This document shows, piece after piece, positions 1-12,354 of a stretch of DNA of 64,000 nucleotides (positions are counted from its first letter, which is position 1; each line of letters starts with the position of its first letter). The notes beneath the pieces were generated by a model. That model did not search any database. It worked only from the letters and a program-made list of their open reading frames with translations, and was not told where the DNA came from. A program made the translations under genes and the position numbers. This DNA is from Cycas panzhihuaensis (Eukaryota > Plantae > Cycadophyta): NCBI GenBank assembly GCA_023213395.1, contig CM041465.1, forward strand, positions 172,987,741 to 173,051,740, read 5' to 3'.

Positions 1-247
1 TTTGTACACATCATCATTTTTGTGTATCATATGCTTCACATTCACTTTAAATCCCTACTGTGACAAGTGTACTAACCACAAGTGTTGGTGGCAAACTCCA
101 TTTGCTTGCATATCATATAGACTTCCTTCTTCATTTTTCATATCCCTACTGCGACAGGAGACATTGCCACAAGTGTCTGTGGCTTATTCATTCTCATAGA
201 GCTTGCATCACATTCTCTTTCTTGTCTTCTTTGTACGCATCACCACT

Positions 248-3200
248 ATGTCGTCCAACTTCAAACAAAATGTGAATTGCATACTAAAGGGCAAGGACAA
301 CTGAGACATTTGGTATACAGGTATAAAAAATGCAGCAAAGTACGAGGGACTCTGGATGGATCACATGGATCTCACACCTATCGTACCTACTACTTCCACT
401 ATAGCACAAATAGGAGGTACTCCACCAGTTGCTCCAACAGACCCAACAGCTAGACGACAATGGATTCTTAAAGACTAAAAGCTACGAGCAGGCATACTAT
501 TAGTCACAGACTACAACCTACATAACTTGATCGATGACACATAGCATGACACTGCATACAAAGTTCTCGAAGTTCTAAAGAGAAACTTTGATACTGGATC
601 AGACTTGGAGTTTGTTCACATAATCTTAAAAATGAATAAGATGAAGATGCAGAAAGGTAAGGCATATGAGGCAATCAATGCTCTTCACCCAATCAAACAA
701 GCTATCGACAAGGACTTCAAAACACAATGCATCACATAGGCGTTCCTGACCCAGTCATCACTCCATGTACCTGACTATAAAAACTTGTTGGGGAATCTTC
801 AGTCATTTGGCACACTGAAGACATTAGACTTTGAGGCTCTTGCAAAAAGTTCATCGAACATGACAAGACCTTTGCAACAAGTTTCCACTCATCTGATCCA
901 CTTCCTAATGCTGCCTTTGAAATCGAAGTGGACAAGGAAGCTTGCTACTCCAAACAACAAGGACAATCAGTGCGTGGAAGACAAAACTCACATGGTCGTG
1001 GTCGAGGCAAGAACCAAGGACAAAGGCAACAACAACGGAACCCCCAAAATTCAGTAGGACAACAAACATTTAGCCAGAGACAATCTGGCACTCCCATCAC
1101 ATCCCATGGGACATCAAATCAACCCATGATGTGTGAACAGTGTCATCGTAAGGGACACCTTGCCAAAGATTGCCAAACAACTTATCATAACCTCAACAGA
1201 AATCAACAACGACACAATGCCCACAACGTTGATGCAAAAGAAACCTTTGGTGGGACCCAGTTTGCTAAAGCATGCTTGCACAACACGGGGGAAACCAATT
1301 CTGCCACTTCATCAAAAAGGTACGTTGAGGCACATTGTGGCTATGCCACTTGTCATTTCAACTCCTCAACCTCTTAGAGTAGCAAACGTTGCCATAGCCA
1401 ATTCCTCCACATGGATCATGGATACCGGTGTCATGCAGCACATGACATGTCACTGGGACTCCTTTCAAGCCCTTGAGACAAATGTCACAGGCCTTGTATA
1501 CACTGTTGACAAATCAAGCCAACATGTCGAAGGTATGGGCACGGTTTGCCTGACACTCCTAGGTTTACCAGATTTTAAACTACTTGATGTTTTGTATATT
1601 CCCTCATTGAAACAGAACCTACTCTCCTTAACCACATTGGTCTCTTGTGGATTTGATCTTAGTGTAACAACCAATAACAAAACCTCCACCCTCCTTCAAA
1701 TTTAGTGGTGATGGCAGGCAAGCTTATAGGAAAACTCTTCCACCTGACTGGCACCTCATCTGCTGTAGCCAATCATGCTCACGCTCTTTGTGCTGAACCA
1801 GAACTTGCCTATAATGTTACCCTAACTCACCATAAGCTGTCCAAGGAAGCACTTAGGCATGCTTGCATGGGGCATATCAAGTTAGATAGACTAAAAAAAA
1901 ATCTACCATTCCACTCTTGGTTTACCTAGATTTTCTTCAAAGCCCTTCAAGTGTGAAGCATGTATCATTGCAAAATCCCACCGGCAGCCCTTCACATAGA
2001 GTCAGTGGAAAGCCAGTCAGCCCCTCTAGCTTGTCCACTCAGACATATGCAACCCAATGCCTATACCATCCCTCACTGGGAAATGGTACTACATAACATT
2101 CATAGATGACTTCACTAGAAAGGTATGGGTAGCCTTTCTAAAAACAAAGGATGAAACATTCTCAATTTTTTTGGCATTGAAAGCCCTGGCAGAGAAGAAA
2201 TCAGGTTTTCAGATCAAATGCCTTTGAACAAATAATGGTAGAGAGTATACATCCAATAACTTTGAGTCTTTCTCCGCAGGGATGGGATGAAACATCAAAC
2301 AATAATTGTAGGTACCCCTCAACATAATGGAGTGTTGTACGAATGAATAGAACCATCATGAACATGGCACAAGCAATGCTTGTGTATAAAAATATACCTG
2401 CATATCTTTGGGCCGAGGCAATCTATACAACAGTCTACTGCCTAAACAATGTATGTCCATCTCATCTTGGCCCGTCTTCAAATTTGAGATGGACAGGACA
2501 GACCCCCGCTGTCAACTACTTCAGAATATTTGGCTCTATCTATTATGCTCACATTTTGGATGAGCATAGAAACAAGCTCCAACTATGAGCTTTGAAAGGC
2601 ACCTTTGTAGGGTACCCAATGAACAAGAAAGGGTACAAGGTCTTCATACCAACTCTAAAGAAGATCATTATTACACGGGACATGGTCTTTGCAGAAACTG
2701 AAGAACAACTCTTGTAGCTTGATTCCAAAGCTCCCACTCACTGCTACAACGATGTCCAAGAATATGATGTGCAGGTTCCAAAATTTGGGGGGGAGACATA
2801 GAAGAGATACTCAAAATCCTGGAATCTGACAACAGAGCCACAGAGGACATAGATTCAACACCAATCAACATTAATCCAGCTCCTTCTTTAGAGAACAACC
2901 TTGATTATAAAGGCAAAGGAATTGCTCAAAGACCCTCGTAACCTTCTTCAGTGGCAAGACCATCTTCTCTAGCAGTGTCGACATCCTCCATTCCTCAAAT
3001 CTCTTATGATCTATTCCAGGATCAAAACAAGGACCAAGAAGTTGTGGAAGTGAAAACTTCATTCCCAACTAAAGGTTTTTGTGAAGCCTACCGATTGAAC
3101 AAGGATCTAAGACCTGATGAGGTAAGAAAATTTGGCATCCGAAGTGGTGCCCTAAAGACAAAGGAACGAAGTGCACTTCTTACCGAGCTTGAATCGACAG

Positions 3201-4757
3201 AATTGCACCTTGCCAGCAATGAAGAGCCTTTCACATACCAAGAAACTGCAAAACATTCAACTTGGAGAAATGCAATGAACGAGGAATATCAATCCTTGAT
3301 AAAAAATGGTACTTGGAAGCTCACATACCTACCTCTGGGAAGGAAGGTAGTAACAAACAAATGGGTGTTCAAAAACAAATACAAATCTGATGGCACCCTT
3401 GACAAACACAAGGCAAGGTTGGTAGCAAAGGGATTCACCCAAACGGAAGGCATCAACTACACTAAGGTCTTTGCACCTACGACCAAATGGCCTACAATCA
3501 AAATTCTTATAGCCTTAGCAGCTCAACAGGGCTAGAAGTTTCACCAACTCGATATAAAGACAGCATTTATCAACGGGGATCTTGAAGAAAAAATCTACAT
3601 GGCTCAGCGTGAAGGATATGAGATTACTGGACAAGAGCATAAGGTGTGCAGACTCAAGAAGTCTTTGTATGACCTTAAACAAGCGCTTGGTTCACCAAGT
3701 TGTCAGAGAGAATGAAGCAACTTGGATATGAGGTTTGTGACTACCAAGATATTGATGCAACATTGTTCATCAAGCATGAAAAAGATAAAGTCACTTACCT
3801 CTTAATCTTTGTGGATGGCATGCTTATAACAGGTAATAGTGAACAGTCAATCAACCAACTAAAGAAGGACTTGGCAAAAATGTTTGAATTGTCTGACCTT
3901 GGGTTGATGAAATACTACTTGGGGATTGAGATTACTTAGAAAGATGGCAAGATCTTTCTTTCTCAAGAAAAATACATCAATGATCTTCTACAAGATTTAG
4001 GTTGGAAGATGCTCGACCAATAGCCACTCCAATGGAACCAAACATCAAACTGACAACTGATGGCGATGATCAAAATGTAGACACAACACTTTACAGGCAA
4101 CTTGTAAGTAGTCTCATCTATACTACTAATACAAGACCTGATATTGCACACTCTGTCAACATTCTTGCTCGCTACATGACAAATTCCAAGTAGAATCACT
4201 GGCAGGCAATAGTGAAGGTGTTGAGGTACCTTAAGACGACCTGTAAATATGGTATATTGTATGAACCCAATTCAAAATTCAAATTATATGCATACACAGA
4301 CTCAAACTTTGCCAGAGATAAAGACACAGGGAGATCCACATCCAGGTACATAACGTTTCTTGGAACAACACCAATATCATGGAGATCTAGACAATAGAAG
4401 ATAGTTGTAGACTCAACTTCCGAAGTTGAATATATTGTTGCGTCTAAGACCAACAAAGAGGTGGGGCTAAGAAAATTGTTAGAGACATTAAATATCACCC
4501 AAACAAGTCCTACTAGCCTTTGTGTGGACAATCAGTCTACAATCCACATGGCTAAGAATCCTATGTTTCACGATCATACCAAACATATCAATACAAAAGT
4601 CCACAAGATTCGAGAACTAGTTCAAGACAACACGATTCAACTAGATTATTGCCCAACAGTAGATCAAGTGGCCAATATCTTCACCAAATTGCTATAAAGG
4701 GTGAAGTTTGAACAGTTTAGAAAGCAACTCGGCCTTCGGGCCTCCATCTCCAACTAA
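248..4757 (+). mobile_element. Ty1/copia element A, degenerate gag-pol (5' LTR outside window)
   Basis: ATG at 248 begins a gag N-terminus (LKGKDN*DIW...LW). Domains follow in copia order: zinc knuckle CEQCHRKGHLAKDC (~1130), protease WIMDTG..HMT (~1410), integrase LVHSDIC (~2030), RT ([21 protein letters not shown]), RNase H (YTDSNFA, KHINTKVHKIRE). Stop TAA 4755-4757. Many stops and frameshifts. Confidence 0.93.
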
Positions 4758-5207
4758 TAAGAAGAGATGATGATAGGAATATCATACTCAATCTTATTCG
4801 TGAAAACCTGTTATGGGTGTGGAAGGACCTGAGTAAGTCTCTGCTCTATCCCATTCGTGAAAACCCCTCGAGGGTGTGGAAGGATAAGGGTGGTACTAGT
4901 TTCGAAAATCGGAACCCATGAAAACCCAAAAGGGCATGGGAGATGACGAAACAGTATATGGAAACTCAGTAGACTTAGCTGCAAATATATTATACTGCTT
5001 GGCTATCTGGCTACATTCAAAGAGCCACCTGAACCAAAATTGTTAGTCCAAATAAGTCTGTGGCTTTTTATTTCCCTGAGGGTTTTCTCACAAAAGTGTC
5101 ATGTAGTCCATAGGATTTTCTTTCAATGTAATAATGAAGCTCAAATGAAGATCTCATTGAATAGATCAGAATAGGCCAAAATGACCTTCTGCCATTAAGG
5201 GGAGGAT

Positions 5208-5465
5208 TGAAAGGTGTTAATGCCTAAGGTCAGTTGCATTAGAATTAGATTAATAAGAATCATTTCATAACTTAGGAAAAGTGACTCTAATGTAATGTTA
5301 TAATGCTCACTTAAGTGAAATGCACTTTATGTGCGTCTATGTAATTTCACTTAAGCTTTACGTGAATTTGTTTAAGTGAGAAAACCCTAATCAAATTCTT
5401 TTATCAGTAAAAGGTGAAATCCAAAGGGATGAGTCGATGATCTCATCTCCTCTTTTGAGCTCTCA
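5208..5465 (+). repeat. Probable 3' LTR of copia A (right end uncertain, could extend to ~5550)
   Basis: PPT-like TTAAGGGGAGGA at 5195-5206 is followed by TG at 5208. No partner LTR is in the window to fix the end. Confidence 0.55.
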
Positions 5466-5559
5466 AATTTGCCTCTGGTATCTTGAGTGCATTCTTGCTC
5501 GTCTCCATTCATGTTTGCCATTGTGAAGTGTTTGAGTGGGCAACCTAAATCCATTACTC

Positions 5560-6480
5560 CAACAACAAATGAAGAACTTGTGCATATGAGATTGAGGAGC
5601 TAGTGGGTGCAAAATCTTCAAGCACAACTTTGCCTTTGTCAAGGGGAAGTTGAGTGGAGTTAAGGTCCAATTCCTTATTATCTTCTGCAAAGACAACATC
5701 TCTTGTTACATGCATTTTCCTGGCAATAGGATCATAGACTTTGTTTCCAACAACATATCCAATAAAAATGCATTTAAGACTTTTATCATCAAATTTCCTT
5801 CGCTCCTGCTAGGGAATATACATGAAAGTCATGTGCCCAAATGTGTGTAAATGATTAACTATCGGCTTTTGCCTAGTCTAAGCCTCCTTTGGTATCATGT
5901 TCCAAATTGTTGTAGTGGAGCTTTTGTTGGACAACTAAGCAACAATTTGAATTGCTTCTGTCCAAGAGGTTTGAAAAAGGCCTTTGACTTGTATCATGGC
6001 CTTAGCTTTGTTGATAAGAGTCATGTTCATATGTTCTACTACACTATTCTGTTGAAGTGTATGTGAGGCAAAAACTTATTGCCAAATGGCATTTTATGTG
6101 CAAAACTGGTTGAACTCCTTAGAGGTGTATTTACCACCATTGTTCAAACTGAGAACCTTGATCTGCATGCTTAATTCTTTTTCAATTACAAACTTAAATT
6201 CTTTAAACTTAGTGAAGGCTTCCTTTTTTTGGTTGAGAAAATAGACCCACACTTTATTTGAAAAAGCATCAATAAATGTGATAAAATAAAGTGTGTCTCC
6301 AAAGAATTGTATAAACATAGGTCCACAAATGTCAGAATGTACCAATTGCAACAAGTTTTGAGCTCTCCATGCCTTAACATTAGGAAATGGTTCACGATGT
6401 TGTTTCCCCATCAAGCATGCTTAACGAAGGCACTTCCTGCCAAAATCATGGGCAATCCATACACCATATTAAGTCTAAAC
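5560..6480 (-). mobile_element. Copia integrase fragment B1 (same lineage as elements G/K)
   Basis: Minus strand reads GKQHREPFPNVKAWRA..LVHSDICGPM..NNGGKYTSKEF, continuing to RKFDDKSLKCIFIGY..RDVVFAED..DKGKVV. This parallels the peptides of K (50692-51600) and G (57376-58242). Confidence 0.85.
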
Positions 6481-6484
6481 ATCA

Positions 6485-8953
6485 ACTCATAACACCTGAG
6501 AAAGCTTGGTCACGTAGGAAACCAACTGTAAGTCATCTAAGAATCTTTGGATGTAATGCGTACATGCATATTCCAAAAGAGAAATGACGAAAGTTGGAAC
6601 ACAAAAGCACAAAATGCATCCTTGTTGGATACTCTGAGGAAAGCAGAGCATACAAAGTATATGAATTGTCAACTCAAAAAGTTCATTCAACTTGTGATGT
6701 TATTTTTCAAGAAGATGAGACACAAGATGTTGATTCAATTGAGGTTGAGGATCAGGTAGAGGAATCGCCTGAATGCAATACTTCATATGATATTATTCAA
6801 CCTGAATATGAGTCATTTGATATAAGTGAAGAAGTTGAATTAGAATCCTTTCAGTTTGTAGAAGCAAAATCAAATTGGGCACCAAAGAAAAAACTAAAGT
6901 CAAAGCCAAAGCCAAAGCCAAAGAAACTATCTGATTTGTCACCATCATCTTCAAAGAAGAAGCTTCTAAAATGGCATATGAAAACTACGGAGGATGCTGA
7001 GAAACTATTACCTGATTCTGAGCAAAAGTAGAAATAAAAAATGCAACCTTCTAAATACGTGAACATTGCTTTTATGGCACGTGTTAGATGCAGATGAACC
7101 ATCTACAATTGAAGCAACAGTCAAAGAGCAAATGTGGATTGACGTTATGGAAACTGAAATCCAAGCTATCAGGAAAAACCACACATGGTTGACTTGACTG
7201 CTGGCTAGCATGTAATTGGATACAAATGGATCTAGAAGAAAAAGTTTAAATTAGATGGATTTGTAGACAAATACAAAGCTTGACTTCCAGCAAAAGGCTT
7301 CAAGTAACAAGAAAGGATTGACTACTAAGAAAAATTCACTCCTGTTGTAAAGATGAATACTATTCAACTCATTATGATGATAGTTGCACAATTCAATTGG
7401 CAACTACATTGGATGGATGTGAAGAGAGCATTTTTGAATGGGGGTTTGAACAAGAAAGTCTACATGGAGCAACCATTTGACTTTGTTAGAAAAGGTCATG
7501 AGCACCTAATATGCAGACTCATAAAGGCCTTATGCAGCCTAAAATAGGCTCCTAAAGCCTAGTATAAAAAGATTGATTAGTACTTTTAGAAGAATGGATT
7601 TGAGAGATCTCTAATTGACTCAAATCTATACATCAAAGCAAAAAATGATAAAATCATGTTTGTGGTGTTATACGTTGACGATCTACTGATCATAGGTAAT
7701 GATATTGATATGGTATCAAACTTGAAAGCAGATCTTAGTTATTTCTTTGAGATGACAAATCTAGGAATTTTACATTACTTTGGTGTGGAAGTATGGCAAA
7801 GGTTTGAACATGTCTTCATCTCATAGACAACGTACACCTAGGAAATTTTGAAGAAATTCAGAATGGAAGATTGTAAACTTGCACCTACTCCCATGGAGGC
7901 AGATTCTTGGTTCACAATGGAAAATGGTGGAGCAGATGTTGATTCAACATTATACAAGCAACTAGTGGGAAGTCTAATATACCTAATTAGTATTTGACCT
8001 GATATATCTTTTACAGTTGGAATAGTGTCTAGATTTATGGCAGCGCCAAAACAGAGTCATTGGAAAGTTGCAAAAAGAATCTTCAAATATTTGAAAGGGA
8101 TAATTCAATATAGACTCAAATTCTATCATAATGATAATTTCAAGTTGACAAGATTTATAGATTTTGAATGGACTAGATGTGCAAATAGCAGAAGGTCAAC
8201 TTCTAAATACCATTTTGGTTTGGAATCAACTACTATCACATGGAGCAGAAAAAAGCAATCAAATGTTGTTTTATTCTCTATTGAAGTAGAATACAAGGTT
8301 TAGTTACAACTACTACTAAAGTCATTTGGTTACGACAAATTCTTGAGGACATAAGATTATCATAATTGAAACCAACTATCATGTACTATGATAATCAGAG
8401 TACATTGAAGATTGCAAAAAATCTTATGTTCGACGCTCGCAGCAAACACATTGAGGTGTACCACCACTTTATTCAAGAATTAATTTAAAAATGTACGATT
8501 GAAATGGTCTATAGGCCGATAGAAGAACAAGTAGCTGACATGCTCACCAAACCACTAGTATGTGAAAGATTCTAAACTTTTCGAAATGGTTTAGGTGTCC
8601 AAAGAAATGAAATAAACATTAAGGGGGAGTGTTGACATCAATGTTTATTTATGACTCATGACTTTGGTCATTAGCCTCCCCTTAAAATTTTGTAACATAT
8701 TAAATTTTAGAATATTTTATTGTTATGCAAGTGATGAGTCATTAGGGGTTACAACTCTCACATCACATATGTCAATTAATTAGGATTTAGATTTTGTTTC
8801 AAACTTGTATTTATGCACATACAATGCATTGTTAAAATTTAATGAGAGATGATTATGTTTGAGATTTGTCAATAGTGTGAAATCAATGTTCATGTTATTT
8901 GATAGTAATCCTTTCATTTTAGGTTCTCCATTCCTATTATGTTAAATTTAACA
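6485..8953 (+). mobile_element. 5'-truncated copia B2 (integrase C-terminus, RT, RNase H, PPT, 3' LTR 8630-8953)
   Basis: Peptides PEKAWSRRKPTVSHLRIFG, WMDVKRAFLNG, LYVDDLLI and SKHIEVYHHF. PPT TTAAGGGGGAG is followed by an LTR with TGTT...AACA termini. Confidence 0.9.
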
Positions 8954-11900
8954 GTTCTACAAGCTTCACAAAGATAAATGCTCAATTAACGATCCAAAGA
9001 AATACTTTTCTATTATTGCGATTGGTAGAGTAAAGAATGATATTTGGGTGTTTGAAAATTTTCAACATCCAAATCGATCATATGCCTTTGTTGCCAGTGC
9101 AGGTGATAACAATTGTTTATGGTGTGAAAGGCTAGGGTATCTTAATTATGGCAGTATATCATTGATGAACAAGTTGAAGATGGTGAGAGGGTTGCCATAA
9201 ATCTCATGTTCAAATGGTGTATGTGAAGGTTGTGTGCATGGCAAGCATCATAGATATCCTTTTGCTCAAGATAAAGCCCAAAGAGTTGAGGAGAAGCTAC
9301 ATCCTGTACACTTAGACATGATGGGTCCAATCCCCATCCCTTTCTTAGGTGGAGCTCGATATACCTTAGTATTTGTGGATGATTACACTAGGAAAACCTA
9401 GGTTTATTTTCTGAAGAAAAAGTCATAAGTGTTTGATCAATCTCAGGAATGAAAAGCTAAAATTGAAAATCAATGTGATAAAAAGATAAAAATCTTAGGA
9501 AGTAATAACAGAAAGGAATATGATAATCACGCCTTTAATCAATTATGTCTTAAGCATAGTATCTGATGGGAATTCACAATCTCGTATACTCCACAACAAA
9601 ATGGTGTCATGGAGCAAAAAAATCGCACCATGATGGAGATGGCAAGGTGTATGGTGCATGCATAGAATTTGCCATAAAACTATTGGGAAAAAGTTATAAG
9701 GACTCTTGTTCATGCGTTAAATTGGGTACCAACTAAAGCAATCAATGATGTGATGCTAGAAGAGAAATCGACTAGTTGGAAGCCTTCCGTTGATTATTTT
9801 AGAACCTTTGGGTGCATTGTATACGCACATGTCCTTGACGATAAATGCAAGAAGATGGATCACAAGAGTCGAAAATATGTCTCTGTGGGGTATTCTAATC
9901 AGAACAAAGGCTATTGACTTTGGATCCTGAACTAAAAACGCTTGAGGTTAGTCAGGATGTTTAATTTGATCAGTCAATGATGTATCATACCGCCAGTATC
10001 ACATTTGAAAAAAGTACTAGATCTATTATTACTACCAAGTCATTCATGGTTAGATGTTGAGTCCAAGGATCAAAATGAAGATGAGTGAATCAATAGAGAT
10101 GTCGAGGAACAACAATCACAAGAGGAGGTGGTAGCAACACTAGGACCCTTAATACTATTATGGGCTAGAAAGACAATTGAAGCATCTAGTGGGACTATAG
10201 ACCCATTAGATGAATAAAGAACTAGAAGTCAGTATGCAAGTGATGCTACCAAGGTTAACACCATTCACTCCCACAAACTAGATTCTTTTGTTGAGGCAGA
10301 GAAGAATCCTCAATGGTGGGCTACAATGGAGGAAGAATATAATTCTATAATGAAGAAAAAAACTTGGAATTTAGTTCCATTACCTTTAGGGAAAGTCTTG
10401 GTCCATTGTAAGTGGGTCTACAAAACAAAGTTTCGAGTTGATGGCAAGGGGGAAAAGTTTAAGGCTAGACTTGTTTCCCAAGGTTTTAAGTAGAAAGAAG
10501 GGATAAATTGTAATGAGACATTGTCACTTGTCTCAAAGATGACTATAGTTAGATTGAACCTTTCAATTGCAACCAATTTCAGATGGGAGACACATTAGTT
10601 GGATGTGAAATCTGCATTCCTTAATGGAGAATTGAAGGAGGAGATTTACATGGTACAACCTCCTAGTTTCATTGAGGAAGGATGTGAAAAGTTTGTGTGT
10701 TGTTTGAAGAGATCTTTGTATGGCCTAAAACAAGTGCCGCGAGTGTGGTCTGTGAAGAATGATACGACCTTGAAGGAAGAAGGATTTGTTACGACGGGAT
10801 CTAGAGCCAAATTCATATGTCAAAAAGACTATTGTGTCAATCGTGGTTATTATTCTATATGTTGATGATTTAATTATTGCGTGAAATCATCATAAGGAAA
10901 TTTTGGTGGTGAAAAGGAACCTGCAAAAGAATTTTGATATGACAGACATGGGGCCACTCCATTACATTTGGGCATCCAAATAAGGCAGTTGAAAGATAAA
11001 AGTTTACTGTCATAAAGGAAGTATGTAAAATCATTGCTTGAAAAGCTCAAGATGATAGATTGCAAGCTTGTGAAAACACCATGTGTCAAAGGCACAAAAC
11101 TTATGAAGGATATGAAAAAGCCTATAGTTGATGGGACGCTATGCAAAAGTTTGGTAGGGAGTCTTATCCATCTGACTCATACCAGGCCCAATATTGCCTT
11201 TGTTGTTGGGTTGGTGTCTCGATCTATGCAAAATCCTCAGGAGCGACATTGGTTTGCAGCCAAAAGGATTATGACATATTTGAAAGGTTCTCTAAATCTT
11301 GTTTTAGAGTATCTAAGAGATGGTAATATCAGATTGCAAGGTTACACTGATGCTAAGTGGGGTGGCGACTCCAATGACAGAAAATCTATTGTAGGATGTG
11401 TGTTTGGTATTAGTAGTGGACCAGTGTCATGGCAATCGAAGAAACAACAAATTATTGCATTATCTTCTATTGAGGTAGAGCACTAAGGACTCTTAATAGG
11501 TGCTTGTGAAATAGTTTGGTTAAAAGGAATGCTGGATGTTCTTGATATTCAAAGTAGTACAACGACTATCTTTGTGGATAATCGAAGTACTATTTGACTA
11601 TCAAAGAATCCTGAGTTTCATGTTCGAACCAAACATATCAAGATACAACACCATTATATTCGGGAGATGGTCAAAGCAGGGAAGCTAAATGCAGAATATT
11701 ACCTAGGTGATAAACAATTGGCAGATGCATTCACAAGGTCACTTATTGAAGATCATTTTAGAAGAATTTGCATTAGATTAGGCCTGCATGAAGTTTGCCC
11801 TTGAGGGGGGATGAATTTGCCAAGTCAACTCTCACTTGCATTGAATTTTATTAAACTACGAAGGAATATTGAGCTACAACTGTGTGATGAGTTTTGAATC

Positions 11901-12354
11901 CCACACTTGCATTAAGGGGGATGTTAGCAAACACGATCAAAGATTAACACATGGCAGGAGTTAATGTTTCATGTGGTTGTGAAAAGAATCAAGATCCGAA
12001 AAGGCACAAGTATTGAGATTTGAAGGGACACAAGGAATCGAGATATGACGAGTCACGGGACATGATGAAGAGTCACATCTCTTGGTTGGACATACCCCTT
12101 GGATCATATAAAAGGGATTTGTGATAGGGTTTCACTCACTTGGTGACATGCAATGTAATAGTTGGTGTTTCTAATCGATCATCAAACTTTTTGTGTGTGG
12201 ATTTTTTTTCCGAAAGGGTTTCCCGCGTTAAACTCATGTCTTATGTTTGTTTGTTCTTTTGATTGCATGATGTTTGTGCTATGCAAATGATGCAAAGATC
12301 TGGCAGGGATCCACACAACGTGAGGGCAAGCCTGAGCATGTACGAATTCTCACA
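8954..12354 (+). mobile_element. Copia C (gag-pre-integrase to RNase H, 3' LTR 11922-12354); interrupted on its left by B2
   Basis: Peptides [49 protein letters not shown] and TKHIKIQHHYIRE. PPT TTAAGGGGGA is followed by TGTTAG...CACA. Confidence 0.9.

Noticed and set aside
4829-4952. Hammerhead ribozyme suggested by CTGAGTAAGTC ... GACGAAAC
   Set aside because: The core is CUGAGUA, not CUGANGA, and the GTTTC partner lies between the two core halves, so the topology fits no hammerhead type.
5476-5487. TGGTATC as a PBS
   Set aside because: Only a 7-nt match, and it is not directly after a CA LTR end.
5560-8630. Single copia with an internal inversion
   Set aside because: Both arms contain the same integrase C-terminal segment in different sequence, so they are two elements.
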